Origin: Octopus vulgaris
Taxonomy: Eukaryota
Direction: 5' to 3'
DNA: 64,000 bases
Assembly: GCA_951406725.2 (NCBI GenBank)
Contig: OX597814.1
Location: 165,602,001 to 165,666,000 of the forward strand
Of the stretch, positions 26,790-40,750 are shown one piece after another. Made by a program: the position numbers and the translations under genes. The notes under the pieces were generated by a model that saw nothing but the letters and a program-made list of their open reading frames with translations, did no database searches and had not been told where the DNA came from. Position 1 is the stretch's first letter. The number at the start of each line of letters is the position of its first letter.

Positions 26790-27304
26790 ACTAACGTAGC
26801 TAGAATGTGTGCCGCCCGGTACAGCCCTTCCGCTTGCTGCCCCCGGACCCCACAAAAAGACGCATATTGCCTACAGCAGATCCAAAAGTGCTGCCCCTTT
26901 AAAAGTGCCACCCGGGGCAGACCGCCCCTACCTAATCTAGTGCATACATACATACATTCATACAATAAACAATTTTTCAATAACTTCTGGCAACTTTCTT
27001 CTTGTGCTCCAGCATGGCCGCAGCCAGATTACTGAAACAAGCAAAAGAGTAAAATAATATATTTATATATAATGTAGGATCTGGGGATCCGAGCGTAGGA
27101 AGTTGGTAAGCTTCAAGCAGTGAGTGGCAGGTATAGAGAACAATAACAGGTATAAGAAGCAGTAACAATTTATTGACATCAGGAGTCACACATTCTTTTC
27201 CATATCGAAGTTGTGAAGAAATTCGAGAAGCTGATAGTTTCTAAGTAACTCACAGCAAGTAGAGCTATATTTGTATGCGTGTGTGTGTGCGTGCGTGCGT
27301 GCGT

Positions 27305-27356
<52 letters not shown>

Positions 27357-27366
27357 ATACAAGCTT

Positions 27367-27575
27367 ATGTGACCGCCTGTGCATCGTTGGCGATTTTCTT
27401 TCTCCGTCTTCCCTTCCTTGGACTTTTCCTTTTTTCTATATTTCTGACGAAGAGCTCCGCTCGAAACGTTAAATCCTCCTTCTTCCTTTCCTTTCCTGAG
27501 CGTCCAATAACACTATATTTGTTCCACATCCTCGCGTTGTTGTGTTTTCTCTTTGTTCGTGTTTGGATTAACTAT
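27367..27575 (+). mobile_element. ~210-bp hammerhead-bearing element (Penelope pLTR/retrozyme-like), copy 1
   Basis: Colinear with 60822-61032, from ATGTGACC to TTTGGATTAACTAT. Confidence 0.85.
27440..27474 (+). ncRNA. Minimal type-I hammerhead ribozyme motif
   Basis: ATTT-CTGACGA-A-GAGC-TCC-GCTC-GAAAC-GTT-AAAT. Intact core, palindromic ACGU stem III. Confidence 0.72.
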
Positions 27576-27759
27576 ACATGCGCACGCGCGTGTTACTGTT
27601 CAATGCGTGTGTAAGTAATTTAACTTTAAATATGTCTCTGTGCGTGCGAAAGTGTACGTATGTGCTTGTCATTTTTTATGTATGCATAAATATGTCTAAA
27701 TGCAGATATATATCCATGCATATTTGAATTGGATGTCTATGCTATCTGTTCTTTTCAAA

Positions 27760-28880
27760 TATCGAATACTTTCCTGATTATTCTGGCCATGTCAAAGGAG
27801 GCAAAACTCTTGTAACAGTTCTACAGAGTACTCCATTCCGATTTCTTTTATATTCCTCTTGATGCCTTCTTATACTGTCTCCCAGGACCCACTATCTTCA
27901 CCTTCTTCATTTTCCATAGCCAGGCTACTTCGTACTTAAGAGGATTGTATATATATTGTTGATATTTTGTTAAACTATCGTATGTCCAAATTTGGCCAAA
28001 TGCGTATTTTTTCAATACTTATTTTTGCTTACAATAGCCGGTTCTTTTGGTCAAACTATCGTATCTCCAGCTGCTTCAGATGCCAATATATCAAAAACTG
28101 TCAAAAAGTAGTGTAACGGTTTTACTATGGAATGGTGAAACTATTTTTCATTTTCTGAAAAAGCAACGTTTTGGACTTACGGTATTTTTGCATAATAGCA
28201 ACGCTACTTTTTCGCTTGCCTTCTTGACTATTCGTGGGTCAAAGGGGCATGCAATATCAATTATATAGCACATGTGGTGCACCCTGTCCACCACCAGTAG
28301 GTCCGGTGTGTGACGCTCTAACACCTAATCTGTTTGGAGTGGGAAATTCCAGAGGATTTTGCTAGTTCCGACTCCGCTACTCTTTGCGGTTTGCACTCAT
28401 ACCACATCTTGCCTCTCTCTAGATCCCCACTTTTTACACAGTTTCCAGTGTAGCACTTTCTCTACCTCACCGTGTCGCCACAATTAGTAATGGGTTTGGA
28501 CAAGTCTAAGGCGTTCGTTCACGATATGGGCTATGGTTTCGTCCACTCTATCACAAATGCGACGCAGTGGAGATACTTGCTCATTACTAAGGTTGACCCT
28601 CCAGTTTGTGACCAAAGCTTGGTCTTGCGCTGCCAGTTTCTTTTTTTCAGTGCTCCTTTCTTCAGAAAGTCTCACCTATATTTTCCAAAAACTTGTTGCG
28701 TAATGCTTCTTCATGTCCAATTTGTACTTCTTGCTTTTCGATTTCCGCCTTTTCTCTGCGTTCAATACGCCCTCATTCCAACTAGACTATTAAGGTTTCC
28801 TTACTTTGGGATAGGTATCTCAGTAAGCTCCCGAGTTCGATATGTACGTAGTCTTCCACGCATATCAGCCCCTTCTTCCA
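27760..28880 (-). mobile_element. Decayed R4/Dong-type non-LTR retrotransposon 3' region (zinc knuckle plus restriction-like endonuclease), interrupted at ~27950-28210
   Basis: Minus translation AAQDQAL..RICDRVDETIAHIVNE..KVLHWKLCKKWG..KILWNFPLQTD..PDLLVVD..IIDIACPFD..KYEVAWLW..ARIIRKVFDI*. Confidence 0.82.
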
Positions 28881-28959
28881 TTTGCTCTCTAATTATAATT
28901 ATTGTTGATGTTGTTGCTGCTGCTGTTGTTGCTATTGTTGTTGTTATATACGTATATAC

Positions 28960-28991
<32 letters not shown>

Positions 28992-29049
28992 ATGCATATA
29001 CCTTTTTATGAATGTATGTATCGTTTATTTATTCTTCTTAGACATATAC

Positions 29050-29221
29050 TCTTTTACTCTTTTACTTGTTTCAGTCATTTGACTGTGGCCATGCTGGAGC
29101 ACCACCTTTTAGTCGAGCAAATCGACCCCAGGACTTATTCTTTAGAAGCCTAGTAACACAGGGGACGTAAACACAGCAGCATCGGTTGTCAATCAGTGCT
29201 AGGGGGACAAACACAGACACA

Positions 29222-29265
<44 letters not shown>

Positions 29266-29441
29266 TATATACATACATATATACGACGAGCTTCTTTCAG
29301 TTTCCGTCTACCAAATCCACTCACAAGGCTTTGGTCGGCCCGAGGCTATAGTAGAAGACACTTGCCCAAGGTGCCACGCAGTGGGACTGAACCCGGAACC
29401 GTGTGGTTGGTAAGCAAGCTACTTACCACACAGCTACTCCT
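29050..29441 (-). mobile_element. SINE-A
   Basis: Reverse complement of SINE-A, with an internal deletion. Confidence 0.9.
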
Positions 29442-29529
29442 AAAGCTCGAATCAAAGGAATCAAAGGATTCATATGATCAATAAATGCAACATTCGAGGC
29501 ATGCACCCCAAATTAATAACAACTCTCTC

Positions 29530-29772
29530 TTTCTTCGCCCTTTTAAAGCCTAGCCAGGCTCATGGGCCCGGTTTCCCGGTTTCCCGGTTTCAATGGCGTA
29601 TGTGTTCCCCAGTCCATCACAGCGTTACTCATTTTTGCCAGCTGAGTGGACTGGAGCAACGTGAAATGAAGTGTTTTGCTCAAAAACACAACGCGTCGCC
29701 CGGTCCAGGAATCGAAACCACAATCTTACGATCATGATGCTCACACCCTAACCACAAATCCACGCGCCTCCA
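29530..29772 (-). mobile_element. SINE-C-related tRNA SINE
   Basis: Minus strand GGAGGCGCGTGG..GTGGTTAGGGTG..GGTTTCGATTCCTGGACCGG..TTGAGCAAAACACTTCATTTCACGTTGCTCCAGTCCACTCAGCTG. Confidence 0.8.
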
Positions 29773-30510
29773 CAAATTTATAACAACAGAGAACTATATT
29801 CACAATACATAGCTTACAAAATACTATAAAGTGTCATTATAATGAAGTGCTATGAACTATAGTTGCCATTTGTTATTTGGACAGTTATGAATAATGTGTA
29901 ATATAACCGTTGCGCAATTAATAACTGTGGGGGAGAGTATTCACAATAAATAAAGCACAACCACAAAATGACATTGTGGTGAAATATTAAGAGCTGTATT
30001 CAGTTTTCTTATATTTTGACAATTATGAATGATGTTTAATATAACTGTATCTAGTTTCTCTGTCGTCTTAAGGTTATTGTATAATTTGCTTGGTGTATTA
30101 CCATGAGTAACGTTCGGTTTGGAGTAGACATTAATAATTCTGCGTGTATCTCTGGCGACTTATAACTGATGTGATTGTATGTCTCTGTGCGCAAGTACTG
30201 CGACAGTAGGTAGCTGATGTTTCTTTTTTAATACAAGCCGTGGTACAAGAATATGGTGCGACTCCCTAGTGGATTATGGTTGTGTAATAGTTCGTTCTAG
30301 ACTTACTATTATTCGTCTTTAATGTCCAAGCACAGTTGTGCGGCTTTTTTTTTTGGGGGGGGGGGGGTATTTTGATTGTGTAAAAACTGTCAACTCCGGT
30401 GTTGCTTAATGAAACTGTGATCCTTTTAGGCTCTTTTTCAAGCTTTTAACGGATCAAATCTGAGACCATATCCATAGCTACAATGATAGGGGCATATCCT
30501 TGCAGTTTCT

Positions 30511-30924
30511 TATTTTTTATTGCCCACAGGGGGCTAATCATAGATGGGACAAGCAAGGACAGACAAACGGATTAAGACGATTACATCGACGCCAGTGTTT
30601 CACTGGTGCTTAATTTATCAACCCCAAAAGGATGGAAGGCAAAGTCGACCTCGGCGGAATTTGAATTCAGAACGTAACGGCACGCGAAATACCTATTTCT
30701 TTACTACCCACAAGGGGCTAAACACAGAAAGGACAAACAAGGACAGACAAACGGATTAAGTCGATTAGATCGACCCCAGTGCGTAACTGGTACTTATTTA
30801 ATCGACCCCGAAAGGATGAAAGGCAAAGTGGACCTCGGCGGAATTTGAACACAGAATGTAACGGCAGACGAAATGCTGCTAAGCATTTCGTCCGGCGTGC
30901 TAACGTTTCTGCCAGCACGCCGCT
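30511..30924 (-). mobile_element. SINE-B dimer, 11-bp TSD
   Basis: TSD TTGCAGTTTCT at 30500-30510 and 30925-30935. Confidence 0.9.
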
Positions 30925-31861
30925 TTGCAGTTTCTGCACTGGCTCCTCGTTCTCTATTGTTGCTGGATTGTGAATATTTTATGAAATGGTTTAATATCTT
31001 ATTCGTGTAATAGGTGTCGACAGAATGGTGTGAGGTTGGTTCTTAAAAGCGGGTCTTTGGGGGCATAGTTCGGGAATAGAATAAAGAGTGTAAGGGAGTA
31101 AAAGAAGTGTGAAATAAAAGAGAGCGAGAAAAAAGTGGAAGGTCAAACAAAAAGGTTAATTTGCGCTGTCTGAATTTAGTGATCGGTCGGGACGAAGATA
31201 TGCTTGAAGCTTTGTAGTTGGAAGAATTCATGTTCAGTCAAAAGAAGGTTTCTTCAATTCGTTGAGGTTATGTGTATGTGTGTGGAAGACAAATTGCATA
31301 TTTGCATAAGTTGTCTGTGCGCGTGAATGTATGTGTATCGTATATGGTATGTTGACGTGCGTTAAGAGTGTTATATATGCGCGTGTGTAAGTTGGTTGTG
31401 TATGTGTGCATGTTGTTCTTTTGAGAGTGTGCGTGTTTATAGATTGCATGTGTTGAGGCACGTGTACTCTTGTATGTATATTTTATGCGTTCGCGCGTTT
31501 TTCATCTGGAACTAAGTATATGCTGTGCGTATGTGTACGTGTGTTCTACGGACGAATGCGTGTTGCCAGGTGTGTATGCGTGCGTGTATTCTACGGACCT
31601 ATGCGTATTGCCAGGTGTGTATGTGTGCTTGGCGTGCGATTGTGCGTGACCTTTGCGTCCGTATGTTTACTATAGTGTAAGCTGTATGAGAGGCGTATGT
31701 ATGTACTTGTTTGTTTGTGAGTATATGCAGATACGGAAACGAGTGTGGGCATTCTGAGTTCATGTTCGGTGCGCTTATGTGGTTAGTGTGTCAGTGTGTC
31801 ATGCGTGCACATGTGCTTACTATAATATATGTGTATACATAATGAATGGTAGTTTCAGAAA

Positions 31862-31982
<121 letters not shown>

Positions 31983-33347
31983 AATAGAGAAATAGTAACA
32001 AAATGTTGCAGTATGTGCTGTGTATGTTATAGTGTGTGTGCCGGGATAAAATTAGAAAAACTGAGGTTGGGAATTAAGTTCAAAACCGAATACAAATTTC
32101 AAGAAATGTGTTCCTCTGTATCTCTGCAGCGAGGAATGGTAATAAGCGTGCGTGTTGAATGAGGCTGAAAACTGAGATTTGCAGAATGGGATGGTCTGCA
32201 GAATGGAAATGGCGTATGACAAGATACCCATTACTGAACCGAATGTCCTTGAGCTACTCTGTGAATCAGGTACCTTAATCGTTGGCCAGTTTATCTAATA
32301 TAATATAAATAAAATGCAATGAGAGGGAGAGAGGGAGAGAGGGAGGAGGAGAGTGGGAGGAAGAGTGAGAGGGTAAGAGGGAGAGAGAGTGAAGGAGAAG
32401 GAAAGAGAGAAAGCCCATTGTTAATGACATCTTTTGAAACACATTTGAAAAAGATGATTTGAAATAACTTGTTATTTGGTGATAAATGATAAAGTATTGT
32501 AACGGAAACAAAAGTAGAAAAGGTATAGAAGTTGAAGCCGTGAGAGAGGAACTTCAGACTAGTAAATTACACACACACACACACACACACACACAAGCAC
32601 GGGTGAAGACAGCTTTTGGGTATTATCTATGTTCGGCAAAGAGCCGAAACATACGTTGGGACTGGGTCCTAGTCATGTGTGTGTAAATGTATGTATATAT
32701 GTCTGTCTGTGTGCGTGTGTGTGAGTGTATGTATGTATGTATGTATGTATGTATGTATGTATGTATGTTTGTCCTTCTGTCTGTCTGTATGTATTTATAA
32801 ATATATATACACACACACACACACTCACATACACACACACATTAACACGTACAGCATTGGATGTTGTAACCAGCTCTTCTATGAAAGCATATACAAATCT
32901 AACTACAAACGATTTTAACTTCAGATATGCACACCATCTTTGTTCGTTCTGAAATTCTTCTAAGAAGATCAGCAAATCTTTATCAAGCTGACTGGCATTT
33001 GTCAGATACCAGCATACGATATAACCTATAGTGAAATATTCATGGCTAAGGCAGTACTCTGCAGAAACTTCTAAATAAACAAAAATTTGAGGTCACCTAA
33101 TAACAGAACAACCTATATACATGTTGTATATGAACTAGAAGCTTTTCTTGGACGCGTTGGAGGTGTTGTAGTCAACATATGGTAGATTTGAATCGTCCAC
33201 TTGACACAATTCTATTCAGTATTTTCCTGTCAAGTATTTATTACATTTGCTTTATGTAATATATACTGAGTAAATATTACAATCGTATTAACGAAGAAAT
33301 ATATATACAAACGCGCTCGTATATATGTATTCTTTTATTTGTTTCAG

Positions 33348-33379
<32 letters not shown>

Positions 33380-33551
33380 GTGCGCGCACACACACACATG
33401 TATGTATGTATTTATGTATGTATGTTTGTATGCATGTCTGTATGCATGTATGCACGTATGTATCATTGACGTTATTAGAATTTTTTAAACTTCGAAAGAG
33501 CACGAAATAATAATTTTTTGTTTGCTTCGATATCCACCATTCCAGAAAGGA

Positions 33552-33636
<85 letters not shown>

Positions 33637-34003
33637 TATTCATTGGTCTATAAATTCTCTCTTTCCCTTTGCGTATGAACCTAGTGGGGCCCTTTGTTAC
33701 TAATGTCAGATTCGTTACTTGATTTCCCTCTCACCCTTCATAAAATTTAGTCTCTATAAAAATTTGTTTTCATTCTCAGTTTAGCAGGGTTACATTTCTT
33801 TCAACAAGTTTCACCATTCGTTTATTTAATGAACTTTTAGTACTTTTGTTAATGTTTTTGTTTTTCTGTAAATTTCTAAATACATTCTTTTTAGTAATCC
33901 CAGAACTTTTCTGTTTGGCTGCCAGTTTTCAATCTTCACAATTTCTGCTCGAATTGCTATGCTAATCAATGCCATGAAAATCATTTTCACCGTAAATAAA
34001 TAA

Positions 34004-34402
34004 CTCTTTTACTTACTTGTTTCAGTCATTTGACTGTGGCCGTGCTGGAGCACCGCCTTTAGTCGAGCAAATCGATCCTAGGACTAATTCTTTGGAAGCC
34101 TAGTACTTATTCTATCGGTCTCTTTTGCCGAACCGCTAAGTTACGGGGACGTAAACACATCAGCATCGGTTGTCAAGCGATGCTGGGTGAGTGGGGGGAC
34201 AAACATAGACACACGCGCACACACACACACACACACATATGTATACGACGGGCTTCTTTCAGTTTCCGTCTACCAAATTCACTTACAAGGCTTTGGTCGG
34301 CCCGAGGCTATAGTAGAAGACACTTGCCCAAGGTGCCACGCAGTGGGAATGAACCCGGAACCATGTGGTTTGTAAGCAAGCTACTTACCACACAACCACT
34401 CC
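34004..34402 (-). mobile_element. SINE-A
   Basis: Reverse complement of SINE-A. Confidence 0.92.
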
Positions 34403-34705
34403 TAGTTATGTTTTTAGCTCGCAGTCTATTTATGTATACTACTTTTACTTACCTTTTTATCTATTTTTCTCTATTTATCCCTCCACTCCTATTATTTAGT
34501 TTTAGTTATACCCATTCTTCTTCTTCCAACCTACTCCTTATTCACATAATATATTTTTTCGTATCTATGTTCTCTTCTTTATTCAGATACATATAATTTT
34601 CTGTATCTGCATCATCATCCTTATTCACATTAATATATTTCTCTTTCTTTGGTATCCCACTCTCACATTCCAGGTATCTCTCTCCAGATACACAACTCTA
34701 CTATT

Positions 34706-35115
34706 TAATTCTTTATTGCCCACAAGGGGCTAAACATAGAGGGGACAAACAAGGACAGACAAACAGATTAAGTCGATTATATCGACCCCAGTGCGTGACT
34801 GGTACTTATTTAATCGACCCCCGAAAGGATGAAAGGCAAAGTCGACCACGGCGGAATTTGAACTCAGAACGTAGCTGCAGACGAAATACCTATTTCTTTA
34901 TTACCCACAAGGGGCTAAACACAGAGGAGACAAACAAGGACAGACATAGGTATTAAGTCGATTACATCGACCCCAGTGCGTAACTGGTACTTAATTTATC
35001 GACCCCGAAAGGATGAAAGGCAAAGTCGACCTCGGCGGAATTCGAACTCACAACGTAACGCAGACGAAATACCGCTAAGTATTTCGCCCGGCGTGCTAAC
35101 GTTTCAGCCAGCTCG
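34706..35115 (-). mobile_element. SINE-B dimer, 13-bp TSD
   Basis: TSD CAACTCTACTATT at 34693-34705 and 35116-35128. Confidence 0.9.
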
Positions 35116-35151
35116 CAACTCTACTATTAAGCTCTTATTACATTTCTGTGT

Positions 35152-35535
35152 GGAGGCGCAATGGCCCAGTGGTTAGGGCAGCGGACTCGTGGTCGTAAGA
35201 TCGCGGTTTCGATTCCCAGATCGGGTGTTGTGAGTGTTTATTGAGCGAAAACACCTAAAGCTTCACGAGGCCCCGGCAGGAGGTGGTGGCGAACCCTGCT
35301 TTACTCTTTCACTACAACTTTCTCTCACTCTGTCTTCCCGTTTCTGTTGTACCTGTATTTCAAAAGGCCAGCCTTGTCACTCATTGTGCCACGCTGAATA
35401 TCCCTGAGAACTACGTTAAAGGTACACGTGTCTTTGGAGTGCTCAGTCACATGCACGTTAATTTCACGAGCAGGCTGTTCAGTTGATCCGATCAACTGGA
35501 ATCCTTGTCGTCGCAACCGACGGAGTGTCACGACA
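35152..35535 (+). mobile_element. SINE-C full length (third tail type)
   Basis: GGAGGCGCAATGGCCCAGTGGTTAGGGCAGCGGACTCGTGGTCGTAAGATCGCGGTTTCGATTCCC with A and B boxes. Confidence 0.88.
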
Positions 35536-36019
35536 TGTCTTTATCTTTTAATCAACAATCTCACAGATGCCGTAGTGTCGCTGTCCGCACAACAACCGAC
35601 ATGACCAATATGATATATACTAACATTTCCTAACTTCTTACTTCTGATGATGGGCCTTTGAGCTTAATCCTTTTGGCATCGTAAAAAGCTCTCCGCATTC
35701 ACTATTTTACTATATTACTTCTTTAGTACAATGCCTCAAGCAAGTTGGTGCCCTCTTCTTTCAATCCTGTTTATTTTTTTGTAACTTCAGGAACTGAAAA
35801 TGATGTGACTGTATGATGGGTCACAACTTGTCCTTGAGCTGATTGGCTAACTACTGCAGAGATGCTGGGAGCTACTGGCTGTTATTTCTACCGTCGGAAG
35901 TCAACACTTGTACATAGATGAAAACGATGAAATCTGTTTATAGCTTTCGCAACAAACTTTTATTATCTTCGTACACAAGCAAAAGACAAATATTGTTGAT
36001 ACTACAAACGACAAATATT

Positions 36020-36385
36020 CTTTTCTGCTGTAGGAACAAGGCCCGAAATTTTGGGGAAGGGGTGGGCCAGTCGATTAGACCGACCCCAGTACGCAACTGG
36101 CACTTAATTTATCGACCCCGAAAGGATGAAAGGCAAAGTCGACCTTGGCGAAATTTGAACTCAGAACGTGAAGACAAACGAAATACCTATTTTTTTACTA
36201 CCCACAAGGAGCTAAACACAGAGAGGACAAACAAGGACAGACAAACGGATTAAGTCGATTACATCGACCCCAGTGCGTAACTGGTACTTAATTTATCGAC
36301 CCCGAAAATATGAAAGGTAAAGTCGACCTCGGCGGAATTTGAACTCAGAACGTAGGGGCAGACGAATACCGCTAAGCATTTCACT
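36020..36385 (-). mobile_element. SINE-B dimer, 5' truncated
   Basis: Two CGACCCCAGT..GGCAAAGTCGACC..TTTGAACTCAGAACG units. Confidence 0.88.
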
Positions 36386-36994
36386 ATGTTGATGTCAGCT
36401 CTGTATTGCTGTTGCCGATAGTCTGTTTACCGAGTTGTCTTCGCTGTCTCAGCTTACATCCCAAAGCTCTCTGGATGGTGGTCGCATGTGTGACATTTTA
36501 TACCTATTGATGAGTTCAGAAAGGTGTGCGCTAAAAGTTGACGTTGTCACAGTAGCCTATTCCAGACGAAGTCGTGATTGGTCAAACGTTGTTGGTCACG
36601 TGGGCAGCATTCCAGCAAATCGCAGCATCGGGTGATTGCTGAATATTCCGCTACAACTCTATACTTAGAAAATTATCAATCAATAATATATCATTGATGT
36701 TTCTAATGCCTATCTTATAGATTTTTTCCCCTGATCCAACTTGATATTCGCTTCAACAGTTTCCCGAACGAAACAGGATCTTTGCCTCAATTTATCGTAA
36801 TCATTTATGAATAAATTATATTTATTTTCTGATGTATAATCTTGTATTTGAATCAGACCACCAGTTGAAATACTTATCCTTTAAATACGAATATATATGT
36901 ATGTATCCATGTATGTATGTATGTATGTATGTATGTATGTATGTATGTATGTATGTATGTATGTATGTATGTATGTATGTATGTATGTATGTAT

Positions 36995-37220
36995 TCTTTT
37001 ACTTGTTTCAGTCATTTGACTGTGGCTATGCTGGAGCACTGCCTTTTAGTCGAGCAAATCGACCCCAGGACTTATTCTTTGTAAGCCTAGTACTTATTCT
37101 ATTGGTCTCTTTTGCCGAACCGCTAAGTTACGGAGACGTAAACACACCAGCATTGGTTGTCAAGTGACGTTGGTAGGGAGACAAACACAGACACACAAAC
37201 ATATATACACACACACACAC

Positions 37221-37271
<51 letters not shown>

Positions 37272-37355
37272 ACGGGCATTTTTCAGTTTCCATCTACCAA
37301 ATCCTCTCGCAAGACTTTGGTCGGCCCGAGGCTATAGTAGAAGACATTTACCCAA
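36995..37355 (-). mobile_element. SINE-A, head missing
   Basis: Tail, internal microsatellite and part of the CORE-like region present. Confidence 0.88.
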
Positions 37356-37414
37356 GATATGCAAACATATGATATATATATAGTAAAGTCTATTTGCCAA
37401 CGCAACGTGACGAT

Positions 37415-37872
37415 GTTACTACTTTTTAGTCCCAGGTAAACATCTTTTCCAGCTGACTACCGATACATGATCTGTGTCCGTATACTGTGAGCAAGGTGGT
37501 CTACTGCCCACTTTCTAACCGTAGGGATACCTGTAGACCAACGGTTTCTGGATAATTTTCATTCATCTGCACAGGACAACCACCGGCTAGAGATAGCAGC
37601 CACTCGCTCTTGCTCGCAGTATATACTTTTGAAGTGACACATAGTCGCTGATCTCGTAAAGAGAAAAAAAACTAGTTTTAAATCTCTGAAGAGAAATATG
37701 TAGTAACAGTACCGTACAGTAATGTCTATTTTTCAACGCAAGGTTGCAGTCCTACTTTGGACGGTGTTACTACTTTTAGCCTCTGGAAAACATCTCTTCC
37801 AGTTGGCTACCGACATATGATCTAGGTCCGTAAACTGTGAGCAAGGGAGTCTACTGCTCCCTTTTCTAGCCG
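37415..37872. repeat. Diverged direct repeat of ~105 bp (37415-37521 and 37767-37872)
   Basis: GTTACTACTTTTAG..AAACATCT..TCCAG..CTACCGA..ATGATCT..GTCCGTA..CTGTGAGCAAGG..GTCTACTGC. Confidence 0.8.
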
Positions 37873-38432
37873 AAGCGATGCCTCTCTCTCTCTTTCCCTC
37901 TCTCCTCCTGCTCTCTCTAAATATATATACATATAGATATACGTGTATATGTGATATACAAGGCTCAAGAGGTATTTGAAGACGTATTTGGTGATTCAAT
38001 GAAACTAATCTAATCTAGCAAAAACTAAATATATTCGAATAAAAATTTGTGCACATGTTCTAGATAAACTTTCTTATTATCTCATTAATCTGCCCCGCAG
38101 CTTCGATGACTGTTTCTGCACGAAACGTCATAAACTCACCCTTCCCAACGGTGCATAAACTTTCTTCATATTATATAGTTTTGGTGTGAATTGAATTATC
38201 ATATTCCTAATGTATGAAGGTTTAACACTAACTAAATATGTTTCTTAAACAGGGTAAATGCTTCTTAACGATTTTAGTATGGTACAAATGTAACTTCTCG
38301 GTGCCTTCCACGAATTCTACTCCGTAGCTAGTATTCGGACCTGACATCAATTCTTTTTCCGTCCATATTAATCCTGTAATCATTGATCGTCACGTGCTCA
38401 GTGTGAGCGTTAACGGTATAGGTTTCACCAAA

Positions 38433-38769
38433 GGCGGCGAGCTAGCAGAAACGTTAGCACGCCGGGCGAAATGCGTAGCCGTATTTCGTCTGCCGTTACG
38501 TTCTGAGTTCAAATTCGGCCGGGGTCGACTTTGCCTTTCATCCTTTCGGGTCGATAAATTAGTAAAGAAATAGGTATTTCGATAAATTAGTAAAGAAATA
38601 AGTATTTCGTCTGCCGTTACGTTCTGAGTTCAAATTCCGCCTTTTATCCTTTCGGGGTCGAGAAATTTAGTACCAGTTACGCACTTGGGTCGATGTAATC
38701 GACTTAATCTGTTTGTCTGTCCTTGTTTGTCCTCTCTGTATTTAGCCCCTTGTGGGTAGTAAAGAAATA
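38433..38769 (+). mobile_element. Rearranged SINE-B dimer, 16-bp TSD
   Basis: TSD GGTATAGGTTTCACCA at 38415-38430 and 38770-38785. Confidence 0.9.
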
Positions 38770-39217
38770 GGTATAGGTTTCACCAGTTTGGGATTGCTTG
38801 AAAAAGTTATGGGTACTGTCCTTCGTCCTCTAAATGACATGTAAAACCAAATTAATGCAGCGCCACCTTGTAGTTCTTAATGCTAAACTAACTTTGTATC
38901 GTCTATTTCCCAAGGGAAAGGATTAACGTTACGCTATATCTTATGATATTCTGCGCTAAAGATAGCAGGTTTTTTTCTTTTATAGAAAACCAAATTATTG
39001 TCAACGAACGAGCGTTATCGGGATCACTCAACCCGCTAGAAAGGATAACTAAATCGCCCTCAAATCATAGTTAATTTTTTTTAAACTTGATTTTCACGTT
39101 GGCTTATGTAATATTTAATACACTACTTCTGAAAGTAAAAAAAAAAGTTAGTTCTTTTGTTAAGAAAAAAGCAAGCTTAATCAGGCTGACTTGTACATAA
39201 GTCTGTTTAATCAAGAG

Positions 39218-39256
<39 letters not shown>

Positions 39257-39632
39257 GCAGTAGCAGCAACAACAAGAACAACAGCAACAATCTATTATTT
39301 CCGTAATTGATCAATGATGACCTATCCAGTTCACTATTGTTCAATTCAATTCATTATTAATGTTTACAATAAGAACGGAAATGTTATTGTTGTTCTTGAT
39401 GATGATGATGATGATGATATATGATATATGATATTTAATCGCTGTCGGTGAGAGAAAGATTAGATATAGTAACGGTGGGGAATTCGGTTTATCTCGTAAA
39501 CCACCCAGGAAGAATATTCATTCAGCGCGAAAGAATAGGGAACAATAATAGGAGGATTTAACGAATCAATATTTACATGTCAAAAGTGGGGGAAGATAAG
39601 GTCATGTGAAACAGAAATACATGCTTGGTGAA

Positions 39633-39685
<53 letters not shown>

Positions 39686-39864
39686 GGCGCAGGAGTGGCT
39701 GTGTTGTAAGTAGCTTGCTTACCAACCACATGGTTCTGGGTTCATTCCCACTGAATGGCACATTGGGCAAGTGTCTTCTACTATTACCTCGGGCCGGCCA
39801 AAGCCTTGTGAGTGAATTTGGTAGATGGAAACTGAAAGAAGCATGTCGTATATATGTATGTATG

Positions 39865-39897
<33 letters not shown>

Positions 39898-40241
39898 GGA
39901 CGTTTGTGAATAACCTTCCAGTGAAACAGATGCTAAACTAGAACAGTTCAGAACTAATTTTCGATCATAACCAAGCTATATGAGGGTCTGTATGACGGGT
40001 TATGTAAACTGTCAACATTCATGACAAATAAGATAACGACAAGCCAAGTGTATATGTTTGTGTGTCTGTATTTGTCCGCCTAGCTGGTGTATTTACTTCC
40101 CTGTAACTTAGCGGTTCGGCAAAAGAGACCGATAGAATAAGTACTAGGCTTACAAAGAATAAGTCCTGGGGTCGATTTGCTCGACTAAAGGCAGTGCTCC
40201 AGCATGGCCGCAGTCAAATTACTGAAACAAATAAAAGAGAG
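39686..40241 (+). mobile_element. SINE-A carrying a 157-bp foreign insert (39892-40048)
   Basis: Head and tail match SINE-A; the insert matches 40921-41077. Confidence 0.88.
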
Positions 40242-40280
<39 letters not shown>

Positions 40281-40282
40281 CC

Positions 40283-40491
40283 TTTCTACTATAGGCACAA
40301 GGCCAACAATTTCGGGGACGGGGTAAGTGGATGAAATTGATCCCAGGGCTCAACTGGCACTTACCTTATTGACCCCAAAAGGATGAAAAAACAAAGTCAA
40401 CTTCGGCGGAATTTGAACCCAAAACGTAAAGACAGACGAAAAGCCGTTAAGCACTTTTGCTTGGCGTGAAAGATTCTGTCAGCTCGCCGCC

Positions 40492-40492
<1 letters not shown>
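40283..40492 (-). mobile_element. SINE-B variant between (AAT)n tracts
   Basis: Ends CTGTCAGCTCGCCGCC; body GACCCCAAAAGGATGAAA..GGCGGAATTTGAAC. Confidence 0.85.
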
Positions 40493-40493
<1 letters not shown>

Positions 40494-40555
<62 letters not shown>

Positions 40556-40628
40556 TAATAATAATGATGATAATAATAATAATAACAATAATAACAATAA
40601 TAACAATAATAATAACAATAATAATAAC

Positions 40629-40684
<56 letters not shown>

Positions 40685-40694
40685 TAATAATAAC

Positions 40695-40729
<35 letters not shown>

Positions 40730-40749
40730 TAATAATAATAATAATAATA
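40494..40749. repeat. (AAT)n array with AAC/GAT variants
   Basis: About 85 triplets. Confidence 0.97.
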
Positions 40750-40750
40750 G

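Noticed and set aside
35152-35225. tRNA-like sequence with A and B boxes
   Set aside because: It is a SINE head: it runs on into the SINE body and I could not fold a full cloverleaf.
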